Of a stretch of DNA of 64,000 nt, positions 53,899-64,000 are shown one piece after another. The first letter of the stretch is position 1; every line of letters starts with the position of its first letter. The notes beneath the pieces are model-generated. The model ran no database searches. It saw only the letters and a program-made list of their open reading frames with translations, and had not been told where the DNA came from. The stretch is from IMG/VR virus record IMGVR_UViG_3300042317_001568, positions 124,001-188,000 of that record. The stretch is one strand, 5' to 3'. The translations under genes and the position numbers were made by a program.

Positions 53899-55830
53899 GT
53901 GGTTTTAACGCCATCTGGGCAGGGCGGTTACGGCTCTATGGGCCGTGGCACAATGGCCGACGAACGGTTTCCCGACCCGTTCTGCGACATGGCCAGCCTA
54001 TCCATGCCGGAAAGCATTCAGACCGCCTTGCGGTGGACTGAATACATCATGAATGCCAACGGTGTATACCGGCAGGCTATTGATCGCGTTGTGTCTTATT
54101 TTATTACAGACGTAGAAATTTACGACATCGGCGAGAATACGACTGGCAGAGAAGAAAAAGAAAAGTATCAGGTTTTCCTTGAAGATACGCTGAAGATTCG
54201 CAACGTGCTGCATACGATTGCCATGGATTACATGACATATGGCAATTCGTTTACCAGTCTTCTGTTGCCATTTCGCCGCTATTTAATGTGCAAACGTTGC
54301 GGCTTTGAGATGCCGTTTGACAAAGTTTACAACTCACCGCAATGCGCGTTTAAATGGCAGAATTTCGAGTTCCACGCGACATGCCCTAAGTGCAAATACT
54401 CTGGCGTCTGGCGGCACATCGACCGGCGCTCGGGCGACTCAGAAAATATGCACGTTAAACGCTGGAGCCCACATGAGATCGACATTTTGTGGGACCCGTA
54501 CACCGATGAGTGCTCGTATGTTTGGAAGATTCCGCAAGACTATCGGACACTGATTAAAGAAGGGCATTTACATCATTTAGAGCGCGCTAGTTGGGAGATA
54601 ATTCAGGCTATCAAAAATGAGCAGAACCTCATGTTTGATAAGGGCATGATCTATCACTTGAAAGAAGACGCGCTCGCCGGCATGCGCAATCGTGGCTGGG
54701 GCATCTCGCGCATTTTGGCTAATTTCCGACAAGCGTGGTACGTGCAGATTCTCCACCGCTACAACGAGGCCATTGCGCTGGACTATGTCGTGCCATTCCG
54801 CGTCATTACTCCGGCACCCCGCGGCGGCGATGGGCAGTCATCTGACCCTGTGCATACAATTAACCTTTCAAATTTTGCGTCGCGTGTACAGTCTATGTTA
54901 CGCGCCAGACGAACAGACCCGGCCCGCTGGAACGTGCTGCCGTTTCCCGTGCAGTATCAAGCCCTCGGCGGCGACGCCACGCAGCTGGCGCCCAAAGACT
55001 TAATTGATCAGGGGCTAGATACGCTTTTAAAGTGTATCGGTATGCCCGTCGAACTGTTTAACGGCACGCTGCAGTTGCAGGCAGCACCGGCAGCTTTACG
55101 TTTATTTGAGGCGAACTGGAGCCATCTGCCGCTGAACCTCAATACGTTCATGGCCGAATTAGTAACGCAAATTGCGCGCTTTATGTCGTGGGAACCTGTC
55201 GGCGCCAAGCTTGTTCGCGTCACACACGCTGATGACCTGAATCGTCAGATGGCGAAACTGCAGCTTATGCAGGCGCAACAGATCAGCAAGGGTACTGGAC
55301 TTAAGAGCGTTGGGCTTGACTACGAAGAAGAAATCAAACGCATGCTCGACGAAGAAAAGATTTACGCTGAAGAGCAACAGCGCATGCAAAAGGAAATGGA
55401 GCAGTCGCAGCAGATGCAGGACCTGAGCCAGCAGGCCCAGATGATGGGCGGAGTTGGCAATGCGGGTGCTGGCGCAACCGGCATGCCGCAAGGCGGCGCT
55501 CCGGCGCCTGCTGGCGGTGGTGGCGCACCTCCTCCGGGAACGCTGCCCGGCGCGGCCCCATCGTCTGTCGACCAGTTCATTATGCAGCGACAGAACTCCC
55601 CAAATGTTCCGCGCACGCCGGAAGACTTACAGCAGCAAGCCCAGCTCATTGCGAACGACTTGCTGTCTAAGCCTGAGTCCATAAAGGATTCGGAGCTAAT
55701 TAAGTTGAAGCGCAGCGATCAAACGATGCACGCGCTTGTAACAAGCATTATGGACGATATTCGTCAGCAAGCCCGGTCGCAGGGCGGCGCTATGGTTATG
55801 CAACAACAGTTCGGCCAACCTGCGGGTTAA
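53899..55830 (+). CDS. probable portal protein with zinc-ribbon insertion
   Basis: size and layout: DYMTYGNSF, IYHLK....GWGIS, IGMPVELF, Gln/Gly/Pro-rich tail; CKRC and CPKC insert. Confidence 0.6.
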   Translation: MVLTPSGQGGYGSMGRGTMADERFPDPFCDMASLSMPESIQTALRWTEYIMNANGVYRQAIDRVVSYFITDVEIYDIGENTTGREEKEKYQVFLEDTLKIRNVLHTIAMDYMTYGNSFTSLLLPFRRYLMCKRCGFEMPFDKVYNSPQCAFKWQNFEFHATCPKCKYSGVWRHIDRRSGDSENMHVKRWSPHEIDILWDPYTDECSYVWKIPQDYRTLIKEGHLHHLERASWEIIQAIKNEQNLMFDKGMIYHLKEDALAGMRNRGWGISRILANFRQAWYVQILHRYNEAIALDYVVPFRVITPAPRGGDGQSSDPVHTINLSNFASRVQSMLRARRTDPARWNVLPFPVQYQALGGDATQLAPKDLIDQGLDTLLKCIGMPVELFNGTLQLQAAPAALRLFEANWSHLPLNLNTFMAELVTQIARFMSWEPVGAKLVRVTHADDLNRQMAKLQLMQAQQISKGTGLKSVGLDYEEEIKRMLDEEKIYAEEQQRMQKEMEQSQQMQDLSQQAQMMGGVGNAGAGATGMPQGGAPAPAGGGGAPPPGTLPGAAPSSVDQFIMQRQNSPNVPRTPEDLQQQAQLIANDLLSKPESIKDSELIKLKRSDQTMHALVTSIMDDIRQQARSQGGAMVMQQQFGQPAG

Positions 55831-55835
55831 ACTGC

Positions 55836-56879
55836 ATGCGCATCGGAATATGTACTCATTACGCACATTGCGATCAGGCGTACCTAGCGATTCGGCTCGC
55901 GGATTTTTTGCGTGAGCAGGGCGTCGAGGCGTCTCTGTATGCGCACGACAAACCCGGTAAACTCGGCGCTGCGTACGACAATAAAATAATTCATCGCGGT
56001 CGCGCCCGGTTTACGGCGTGGGCGAAAAGTTGTCGTTCGATTATCTGGACGCATGTTCCGTCTATTGAGCAGTTAAATTACGTAAAACGTCAAAACGTAC
56101 AAACCGTAATTGTGCCCATGTGGCAAGACCTGCGGACGCCGTTTCGCAAGACGATCCGCGCTGCTGACCATGTGGTCGCGATGTCCGCTGAATGTCGGGA
56201 ACTTTTTCACAGCGTCTACAAGTTTAAAAATACGACGCTTGTGCCTTTTGACACAGGGTTGCCTCCTACACGCAAAACGGTGAATGTGAACCAGCGTCGG
56301 ATACGGCTGTTGTTGCCGTGGTTTGACCGAAATGCGCGCTGCGCTCACCAGCTATTTTTGACAAATCTGCAACTGCTGCTTACCCGGATGCCGGAGGCAA
56401 ATTTAACGGTTGCAATTACGTCTAGTCAGTTTTCCCCGGCGATAGCGAAGTTTTTTACGCGGCTTGGCGAAAAACTCGACAAACGTGTAAATGTTATCCG
56501 GCGTGTGCGTTACGCCGACCGACCGAAGTTGTTCTTGAATCACGATTTAACGCTATACCCTGCAGAGTGTGACAACTACGGTTTTTGCGGTCTGACGTCT
56601 ATTGCTTGCGGCACGCCAATATTAACATTTGCCGTACCGCCGCAAATTGATTTTGCATATCCGGACACAAACGCAGTGGTAGTAAAAACAAAAGTGAATT
56701 ATGATGAGTACGGCGTCGCTCATGCTGACCCTGATTACGAGCGATACTTTTCGGCGCTGCAAACGCTGATTGCCGAACCTTGGCATATTGATGCCATGAA
56801 CAAACGAATCAACTACAACTTAAACTCTCGACGCAAATCTTTTGAAACGGGGTGGCAAGCTATTTTGCGTCTTGTGTAG
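55836..56879 (+). CDS. GT-B fold (GT4-like) glycosyltransferase
   Basis: ADHVVAMS, HDLTLYPAECDNYGFCGLTSIACGTPIL. Confidence 0.75.
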   Translation: MRIGICTHYAHCDQAYLAIRLADFLREQGVEASLYAHDKPGKLGAAYDNKIIHRGRARFTAWAKSCRSIIWTHVPSIEQLNYVKRQNVQTVIVPMWQDLRTPFRKTIRAADHVVAMSAECRELFHSVYKFKNTTLVPFDTGLPPTRKTVNVNQRRIRLLLPWFDRNARCAHQLFLTNLQLLLTRMPEANLTVAITSSQFSPAIAKFFTRLGEKLDKRVNVIRRVRYADRPKLFLNHDLTLYPAECDNYGFCGLTSIACGTPILTFAVPPQIDFAYPDTNAVVVKTKVNYDEYGVAHADPDYERYFSALQTLIAEPWHIDAMNKRINYNLNSRRKSFETGWQAILRLV

Positions 56880-57657
56880 CGCATGGAGGCGCCGCATGAA
56901 AAAAACTCACGAGCTATCGTTTGATAAAACAATCGAATTTTCGCGGCGGTATTACAAAGATCACACTACTTTGCTCGGAGAGTCGTTATCGGCGCACTGC
57001 CAACAAGTAGCGCGTCAAGCTGAAACGATTGCCGGTCGGTTGTACAAAGATGTGCGCCCAGACTATTTTCAAGACTCCAGCAAAGACGGCATTGCGGCGA
57101 TTATCCACGGCGCCCTACTCCACGACATTTTCAACGTCGGCGCCTGCCCGTTTGAGCACGTAGCTGAGGCCACGACCGTTCAGATTGCGGCCAGCGTCGC
57201 CGACATTAGCCGCGACTTTCGTTTAGTAGAGACAAAGCGCGATATGGAGTTCCGCGGCCGGCTAAGTCAAAGCCCTGTCTCGTCGCAAGTAATCGCCGCG
57301 GCAGACATTATTTGTACTGCCAACGACGCGCTTAAATTTCTAACCGCTTCCGGCCACTCAGCGATACCAAAGGTTAAGAAGATTCTTACCCAGCTTGACG
57401 GTGACTTGCTAGCAATACATGCAGCCAACAAGTACTACTCTCTGCGCCTGTACGTTCACGCCGCTAGAAACCTCTTGACAACTATTAGTCAAGAGATTAA
57501 AACCTGCAAGAATCGCGTCAAAATGGCTAGAATTGCAGCGGCGTCAACAGAGTCGCTGCGGGAAAAAATAGCCGCACGCGAAAAAGAAACAGCAGTTCCG
57601 GTAGAAACAAAAGGACGAAAAAATGCCGGCAAAAAATCTCGTACGTCAAATTCTTGA
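56842..57657 (+). CDS. HD-domain protein, SpoT/Mesh1-like and divergent (probable start ATG 56897)
   Basis: AHC..VA, GALLHDIF, IA..VA.IS.D, AADII. Confidence 0.7.
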   Translation: MKRGGKLFCVLCSAWRRRMKKTHELSFDKTIEFSRRYYKDHTTLLGESLSAHCQQVARQAETIAGRLYKDVRPDYFQDSSKDGIAAIIHGALLHDIFNVGACPFEHVAEATTVQIAASVADISRDFRLVETKRDMEFRGRLSQSPVSSQVIAAADIICTANDALKFLTASGHSAIPKVKKILTQLDGDLLAIHAANKYYSLRLYVHAARNLLTTISQEIKTCKNRVKMARIAAASTESLREKIAAREKETAVPVETKGRKNAGKKSRTSNS

Positions 57658-57958
57658 TCAGTACAAGACGGCTAATCCTAACCACACCGAACCAGAGACA
57701 AAGCTGCTCAACGGTTTCGGCGAGTTCGCTGAACAATGGTTGCGTACGATAAAGATTATCGGCGTGGGGTATACGGTTAACGGCATGGTGCTTCGTACGG
57801 CCGCGGGGGAAGAGTTGGTCTTGGATGACTCGTCCGCCACGCCCCCGACAAACATTCCGGGATACAACGCGGTCGGTATTACTGGCAACGCCGCCCCGAT
57901 GTCCGTGACCACACCGATGCGGCCATCGGACTTCTCTATTACCGGGGGGGCTGGCTAG
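57623..57958 (+). CDS. hypothetical protein
   Basis: AAGGA SD; 111 aa. Confidence 0.6.
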   Translation: MPAKNLVRQILDQYKTANPNHTEPETKLLNGFGEFAEQWLRTIKIIGVGYTVNGMVLRTAAGEELVLDDSSATPPTNIPGYNAVGITGNAAPMSVTTPMRPSDFSITGGAG

Positions 57959-57960
57959 GC

Positions 57961-58629
57961 GTGTTTATTTGTTTTGAGGGCATTGACGGCGCTGGTAAAA
58001 CAACTCAAGCGCGCATGCTGCATCAACGTCTGTGTGCCGAAGGACTATCGCCTGAACTAGTCCACGATCCCGGCACGACAAAAATCGGTACGGCTATTCG
58101 GCAGATTCTTCTGCACAACGACGCCCCGATCTCTGCGCACGCGCAAATGCTTCTTTTCTCGGCCGCGCGGGCTGAACTAGCAGTGCACATTCGCGCGGTG
58201 CTTGATGCCGGCGGCCACGCCATTTGTGACAGATGGTTGCTTTCCACGTTGGTTTATCAGGGCGAAATAAACGGCATCAGCGAAAAACTAATTACGACAA
58301 TTTTTCAGGAAACCTCGCGCGTTGAGCCTGACCTCTGCTTTCTTCTAGACCTCGACCCTGAAGATGCGGGGGCTCGGATGACAAAAAGGTCCGGCAGCCA
58401 AAAAATGGACCGATACGAGCGGCGTTGCGTCAGTGACCGAATCCGTATGCGCGATGCTTATCTCCGCTACGCCGACGAGCCGCCCCACAACAAAAACATG
58501 TATGTTGTCTCTGCCGCTGAAAGCCCAGAGGAAACACACGAGTTGGTGTACGATGCCGTCATGACTGTCTTTTCTAGAATGGAGTCTAAAAATGACAATG
58601 GCCGTAAGCGTTTGCTTGAAAAATCGTGA
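57961..58629 (+). CDS. tmk: thymidylate kinase
   Basis: FEGIDGAGKTTQ, LLFSAAR, CDRW..STLVYQG, PDL.FLLD. Confidence 0.93.
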   Translation: MFICFEGIDGAGKTTQARMLHQRLCAEGLSPELVHDPGTTKIGTAIRQILLHNDAPISAHAQMLLFSAARAELAVHIRAVLDAGGHAICDRWLLSTLVYQGEINGISEKLITTIFQETSRVEPDLCFLLDLDPEDAGARMTKRSGSQKMDRYERRCVSDRIRMRDAYLRYADEPPHNKNMYVVSAAESPEETHELVYDAVMTVFSRMESKNDNGRKRLLEKS

Positions 58630-59104
58630 ACGTTCCGCTGCCTTATTGCAAGCCCGGCAACAAGCGCAGCAGCTAGAAAAAAAGCTGTTGCTGTCGCCAC
58701 AAAACAGAACAGCTGTTGTGGCTATGCGTACGGTATGTTATTTGTTGATTCAGTTAGTGCAAAAATACGTTACACGGTCCCCGAAGGCTTATCAGGACTA
58801 CGAGCAGCTTATGCACTGCACTCGCATATTGCGCGAGCTTGGATTTAAACCACCAAGCGCTACAGAAACCACCGCTGACGAAACTACGTATAACGCGGAC
58901 GCTGTAATTAATTCGCAGGACTACCGGTATCTGCGTAACCGCGCGATTGCGTGTTTAGCCACTATTGCTGATCTCACTGAAAAACCTACGGCTGTCGGAA
59001 CACCCGAGTTTCAAAGCGGTATGCGTGAGGGTTACCGGCGCGCTAGCGATATTGCGGCGGCTTTTTTAACTGACTTTGGCGCAGGAGTTTCTGACGATGA
59101 ATAG
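58592..59104 (+). CDS. hypothetical protein
   Basis: GGAG SD; 170 aa. Confidence 0.6.
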   Translation: MTMAVSVCLKNRERSAALLQARQQAQQLEKKLLLSPQNRTAVVAMRTVCYLLIQLVQKYVTRSPKAYQDYEQLMHCTRILRELGFKPPSATETTADETTYNADAVINSQDYRYLRNRAIACLATIADLTEKPTAVGTPEFQSGMREGYRRASDIAAAFLTDFGAGVSDDE

Positions 59105-59357
59105 CACTTTGATCGAACTACGGGATTTGAATCCCGAGGCTCTTTTGTTAGATAATATGGACGAGGCGCTTGTTGGCGTCGGTCAGGTTGGCCTTGCTGA
59201 CCCGGTCGCTGTCTATAGCCAAGCTTTGATTTTTGCAAAATTGTCGCGCGATGGTTTTTCCCCAGAGGAAGCCGCCGCGTATTTTCAAGAAAAAATGACT
59301 GAGATGGCCAACGCAACCTATGCTCCGGTAATTTTACGGGACGTCATCGAGGAATAA
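59097..59357 (+). CDS. conserved phage protein (D..DEA.VG...VAVY...EEA..YF)
   Basis: widespread phage motif; AGGAG SD. Confidence 0.7.
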   Translation: MNSTLIELRDLNPEALLLDNMDEALVGVGQVGLADPVAVYSQALIFAKLSRDGFSPEEAAAYFQEKMTEMANATYAPVILRDVIEE

Positions 59358-59362
59358 TTTTC

Positions 59363-59677
59363 GTGGCCACCATAGTTCTTAATTCTGCAGACACGATTCA
59401 ATTTGTTAACATTAGTGTCCGTGATAAACAGTCTGCCCCAACAATGCTCATGCAGGCCGGTGATTGGCAAAACGAGTCTGGCGTAGAAACCGGTATAACG
59501 GTTGACGTCACCGGCGCCGAAGTGCCAATCTTAACTGCCGACAATGCCCGAAAGCTGGCCAAATGGTTACAACGCGCCGCCGACAGCTTAGACGGCGTAA
59601 AATCGCCCGCTAAAAAACGCCACAAATTTACGTACGAAGAAGACGACGATAACGACGATTTTTCGCGGCGGTATTGA
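59363..59677 (+). CDS. hypothetical protein
   Basis: GAGG SD with GTG start. Confidence 0.6.
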   Translation: MATIVLNSADTIQFVNISVRDKQSAPTMLMQAGDWQNESGVETGITVDVTGAEVPILTADNARKLAKWLQRAADSLDGVKSPAKKRHKFTYEEDDDNDDFSRRY

Positions 59678-59710
59678 CGTGTGCGTGTGTTGGGTCGGGC
59701 TGCGCGATAG

Positions 59711-61399
<1,689 letters not shown>

Positions 61400-61416
61400 T
61401 GGGGTGTTGTTGAGCC

Positions 61417-64000
61417 ATGACTCTCGCACCTCCAAAAATTCTTCAGATACGTATATTAAGCGTAACCGAGTTGCCGGATCGGCTATCCGGAAACTATTGG
61501 TCTAGCAGCGCTTATCGGTGGACAGCCACGTTAGCGGTTAATCCGCAAACTCACGGCGACCCGGCGTCTTCAACAGGCTTTTACTACACAGCCCGCGACA
61601 TCAAAATCGGCGACTATGTCGTAACCAGCGGCCGTGGTTTAATTCTTAAAGTAATTGCTGTAAATGCCGGTTCGGTTACAGACACGTCTATCCAGTGCAC
61701 GCTTGAAGACGAAAATCAATACAACGCGTTTCTAAGCGAAAACTCAGACGGTGACGGTTTAATTCCGTCAAACAATACAGAAGGCGTACTGTTTGAAACA
61801 AAAAACGGCTGGCCTATTTTGCATCCTTTACCGGACGCGTTGGCTGGTACGTTGCCGCCCTATTTTTCAGCTGACATTATTTCTCGGTTTATGTACACCC
61901 GGCCCGCCGACTCTGGCGGCAGTGGGTCTGCAGGCCCTACAGGTGCTGCTGGTCCTACTGGTGTTGCAGGCCCAACCGGCGTTGCTGGAGCTACTGGTCC
62001 AACTGGCGCTGCTGGGCTAAACGGAGCTACTGGTCCAACCGGTGTTGCTGGAGCTACTGGTGTTGCTGGTCCAACTGGCGTTGCTGGGTTAGATGGCGCT
62101 ACTGGTCCAACTGGGGCTGCGGGCGCTACTGGCGTCGCAGGCCCGACTGGCGTTGCTGGAGCTACCGGTGTTGCTGGGTTAGATGGCGCTACTGGTCCAA
62201 CTGGGGCTGCTGGCCCAACTGGCGCTGCGGGCGCTACTGGCGCCGCAGGCCCGACTGGCGTTGCTGGAGCTACCGGTGTTGCTGGGTTAGACGGAGCGAC
62301 GGGCCCAACCGGCGCTGCTGGGCTAAACGGAGCTACTGGTCCAACCGGTGTTGCTGGGCTAGATGGCGCTACTGGTCCAACTGGGGCTGCTGGTCCAACT
62401 GGCGTCGCGGGTGTTGTTGGGGCTACGGGCGTTATTGGCCCAATTGGCCCCGCTGGCGTCACCGGTCCAACTGGTCCTGTTGGAGCTACTGGTCCAACTG
62501 GGGCTGCTGGGTCGCAAGGTATAGACGGAGCGACGGGCCCAACCGGCGCTGCTGGGCTAAACGGAGCTACTGGTCCAACCGGTGTTGCTGGAGCTACTGG
62601 TGTTGCTGGTGTTGCTGGATTAGACGGAGCTACTGGTCCAACCGGTGTTGCTGGTCCAACTGGTGTTACAGGCCCTACAGGTCCTGCTGGTCAGCAAGGT
62701 GTTGCTGGTCCTACTGGTGTTACAGGTCCTACAGGTCCTGCTGGTGTTGCTGGGCCGCAAGGTATAGACGGAGCTACTGGACCTACAGGCCCCGCCGGGG
62801 TTGCTGGTCAGCAAGGTGTTGCTGGTCCAACTGGTGTCGCCGGGCCGCAAGGTATAGACGGAGCTACTGGACCTACAGGTCCTGCTGGTCAGCAAGGTGT
62901 TGCTGGTCCAACTGGTGTCGCCGGGCCACAAGGTATAGACGGAGCTACTGGACCTACAGGTCCTGCTGGTCAGCAAGGTGTTGCTGGTCCAACCGGTGTT
63001 GCTGGCGCTACAGGTGTTACAGGTCCTACAGGGCCTGCTGGTGTTGCCGGTGTTGCTGGTCCAACCGGTGTTGCTGGCGCTACGGGTGTTACAGGTCCTA
63101 CAGGGCCTGCTGGTCAGCAAGGTGTTGCTGGTCCAACTGGTGTTGCTGGGCCGCAAGGTATAAATGGCGCTACCGGGCCTACAGGGCCTGCTGGTCAGCA
63201 AGGTGTTGCTGGACCAACTGGTGTTGCTGGCGCTACAGGTGTTACAGGTCCGCAAGGCTCGTCTTTAAATATTCGCGGGCAGCTTGTAGAGTGGCCGCCG
63301 TCGTGGCTGCCCGAGTTTGGCGATATGTGGGTGGCCGTCGATCCCGTGCCGCTTGACACGCCAGTTTATTTGAGCGTGCAACCCGGCGACGGCATCGCGT
63401 GGGTCGAGTCGGGCGATGGCGGAGATTGGTTAAATGTCGGGCCTTTCAGAGGACCTATTGGTCCGCAAGGTTTATTGGGCCCTAGCGGCCCAACGGGCGC
63501 ACAGGGTATTCAAGGCATTCGCGGCGCGACCGGCGTACAGGGTCCGTCTGGCCTCGTCGGCGCAACAGGCCCGCAAGGACCGGCGGCAAGCAATATTGTG
63601 CTCAGCGTTAACTCTCAGACAGGGGTGGTTGTGTTGCAGTCTGACGACATCACGCTCGACACAGAATTTACGGTTTTAGCAGTCGACCAAGGCGACCTTG
63701 CAAATAATACAGTCATAGCAGCCGGTACGTCGTTGACGACGATTATCCGGCGCATGCTTCAAAAGCGCGTTCCGGCGACGTACTTAACGCCGACGCTCGT
63801 TATTGGTAGTACGACCGCCACGGCCACAATTGAATACGGCTCTACTATAAATACGACGTTGTCATTGACGTGGACAAAAAGGGACGGCGGCGACCCAACA
63901 CAGTTTAGATACCGGCAAAACAATCAAACTATAAACACAATTTCAGGGGCCACGGCCGCCGATTTTACGGTCCCGACATTTAATTTAACCAGCACAGCGA
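61417..64000 (+). CDS. collagen-like tail fibre protein (3' end outside window; absent from ORF track)
   Basis: ATG 61417; frame appears open to the window end; G-X-Y repeats ~61920-63255, then [11 protein letters not shown] motif. Confidence 0.85.
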   Translation, partial: MTLAPPKILQIRILSVTELPDRLSGNYWSSSAYRWTATLAVNPQTHGDPASSTGFYYTARDIKIGDYVVTSGRGLILKVIAVNAGSVTDTSIQCTLEDENQYNAFLSENSDGDGLIPSNNTEGVLFETKNGWPILHPLPDALAGTLPPYFSADIISRFMYTRPADSGGSGSAGPTGAAGPTGVAGPTGVAGATGPTGAAGLNGATGPTGVAGATGVAGPTGVAGLDGATGPTGAAGATGVAGPTGVAGATGVAGLDGATGPTGAAGPTGAAGATGAAGPTGVAGATGVAGLDGATGPTGAAGLNGATGPTGVAGLDGATGPTGAAGPTGVAGVVGATGVIGPIGPAGVTGPTGPVGATGPTGAAGSQGIDGATGPTGAAGLNGATGPTGVAGATGVAGVAGLDGATGPTGVAGPTGVTGPTGPAGQQGVAGPTGVTGPTGPAGVAGPQGIDGATGPTGPAGVAGQQGVAGPTGVAGPQGIDGATGPTGPAGQQGVAGPTGVAGPQGIDGATGPTGPAGQQGVAGPTGVAGATGVTGPTGPAGVAGVAGPTGVAGATGVTGPTGPAGQQGVAGPTGVAGPQGINGATGPTGPAGQQGVAGPTGVAGATGVTGPQGSSLNIRGQLVEWPPSWLPEFGDMWVAVDPVPLDTPVYLSVQPGDGIAWVESGDGGDWLNVGPFRGPIGPQGLLGPSGPTGAQGIQGIRGATGVQGPSGLVGATGPQGPAASNIVLSVNSQTGVVVLQSDDITLDTEFTVLAVDQGDLANNTVIAAGTSLTTIIRRMLQKRVPATYLTPTLVIGSTTATATIEYGSTINTTLSLTWTKRDGGDPTQFRYRQNNQTINTISGATAADFTVPTFNLTSTA

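Overview
This window is a gene-dense, almost entirely + strand segment of a large tailed dsDNA phage genome. Several protein families suggest a Planctomycetota host; that is inferred from motif recognition, not a database search. Layout: (1) ~0.3-27.8 kb is an accessory/early region of small genes. It includes a DUF1257-DUF2997-Ycf46-type AAA ATPase-DUF3150 cluster, DUF5664 and MazG pyrophosphatases, a DEDDh exonuclease, tRNA-Gln(UUG) and a tRNA-like RNA. (2) ~27.8-51 kb is a replication/recombination module: SbcD/SbcC, SF2 helicase, DnaB-like helicase, primase, UDG-PolA fusion, SSB-like protein, RecA and RuvC. (3) ~51-64 kb holds a probable portal, glycosyltransferase, HD protein, thymidylate kinase and two collagen-like fibre genes, the last running off the window. 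The strongest unexpected signal is at 24.85-25.99 kb: five integron attC-like hairpins (AAC...GTT with conserved extrahelical C and T) separate four one-gene cassettes, with the genes inverted relative to canonical integron cassettes. The terminal boxes are complementary in a circularly permuted pattern (each right box matches the left box of the next site, and the last matches the first). This is the footprint expected if four cassettes were inserted by IntI-type recombination into one resident site. No integrase is visible in the window. Second, an IS110/Nop-domain-like gene and a RAMP/Cas7-like gene sit in tandem between sbcC and the SF2 helicase, with no guide array visible. All family calls were made by eye and need HMM or structure confirmation.
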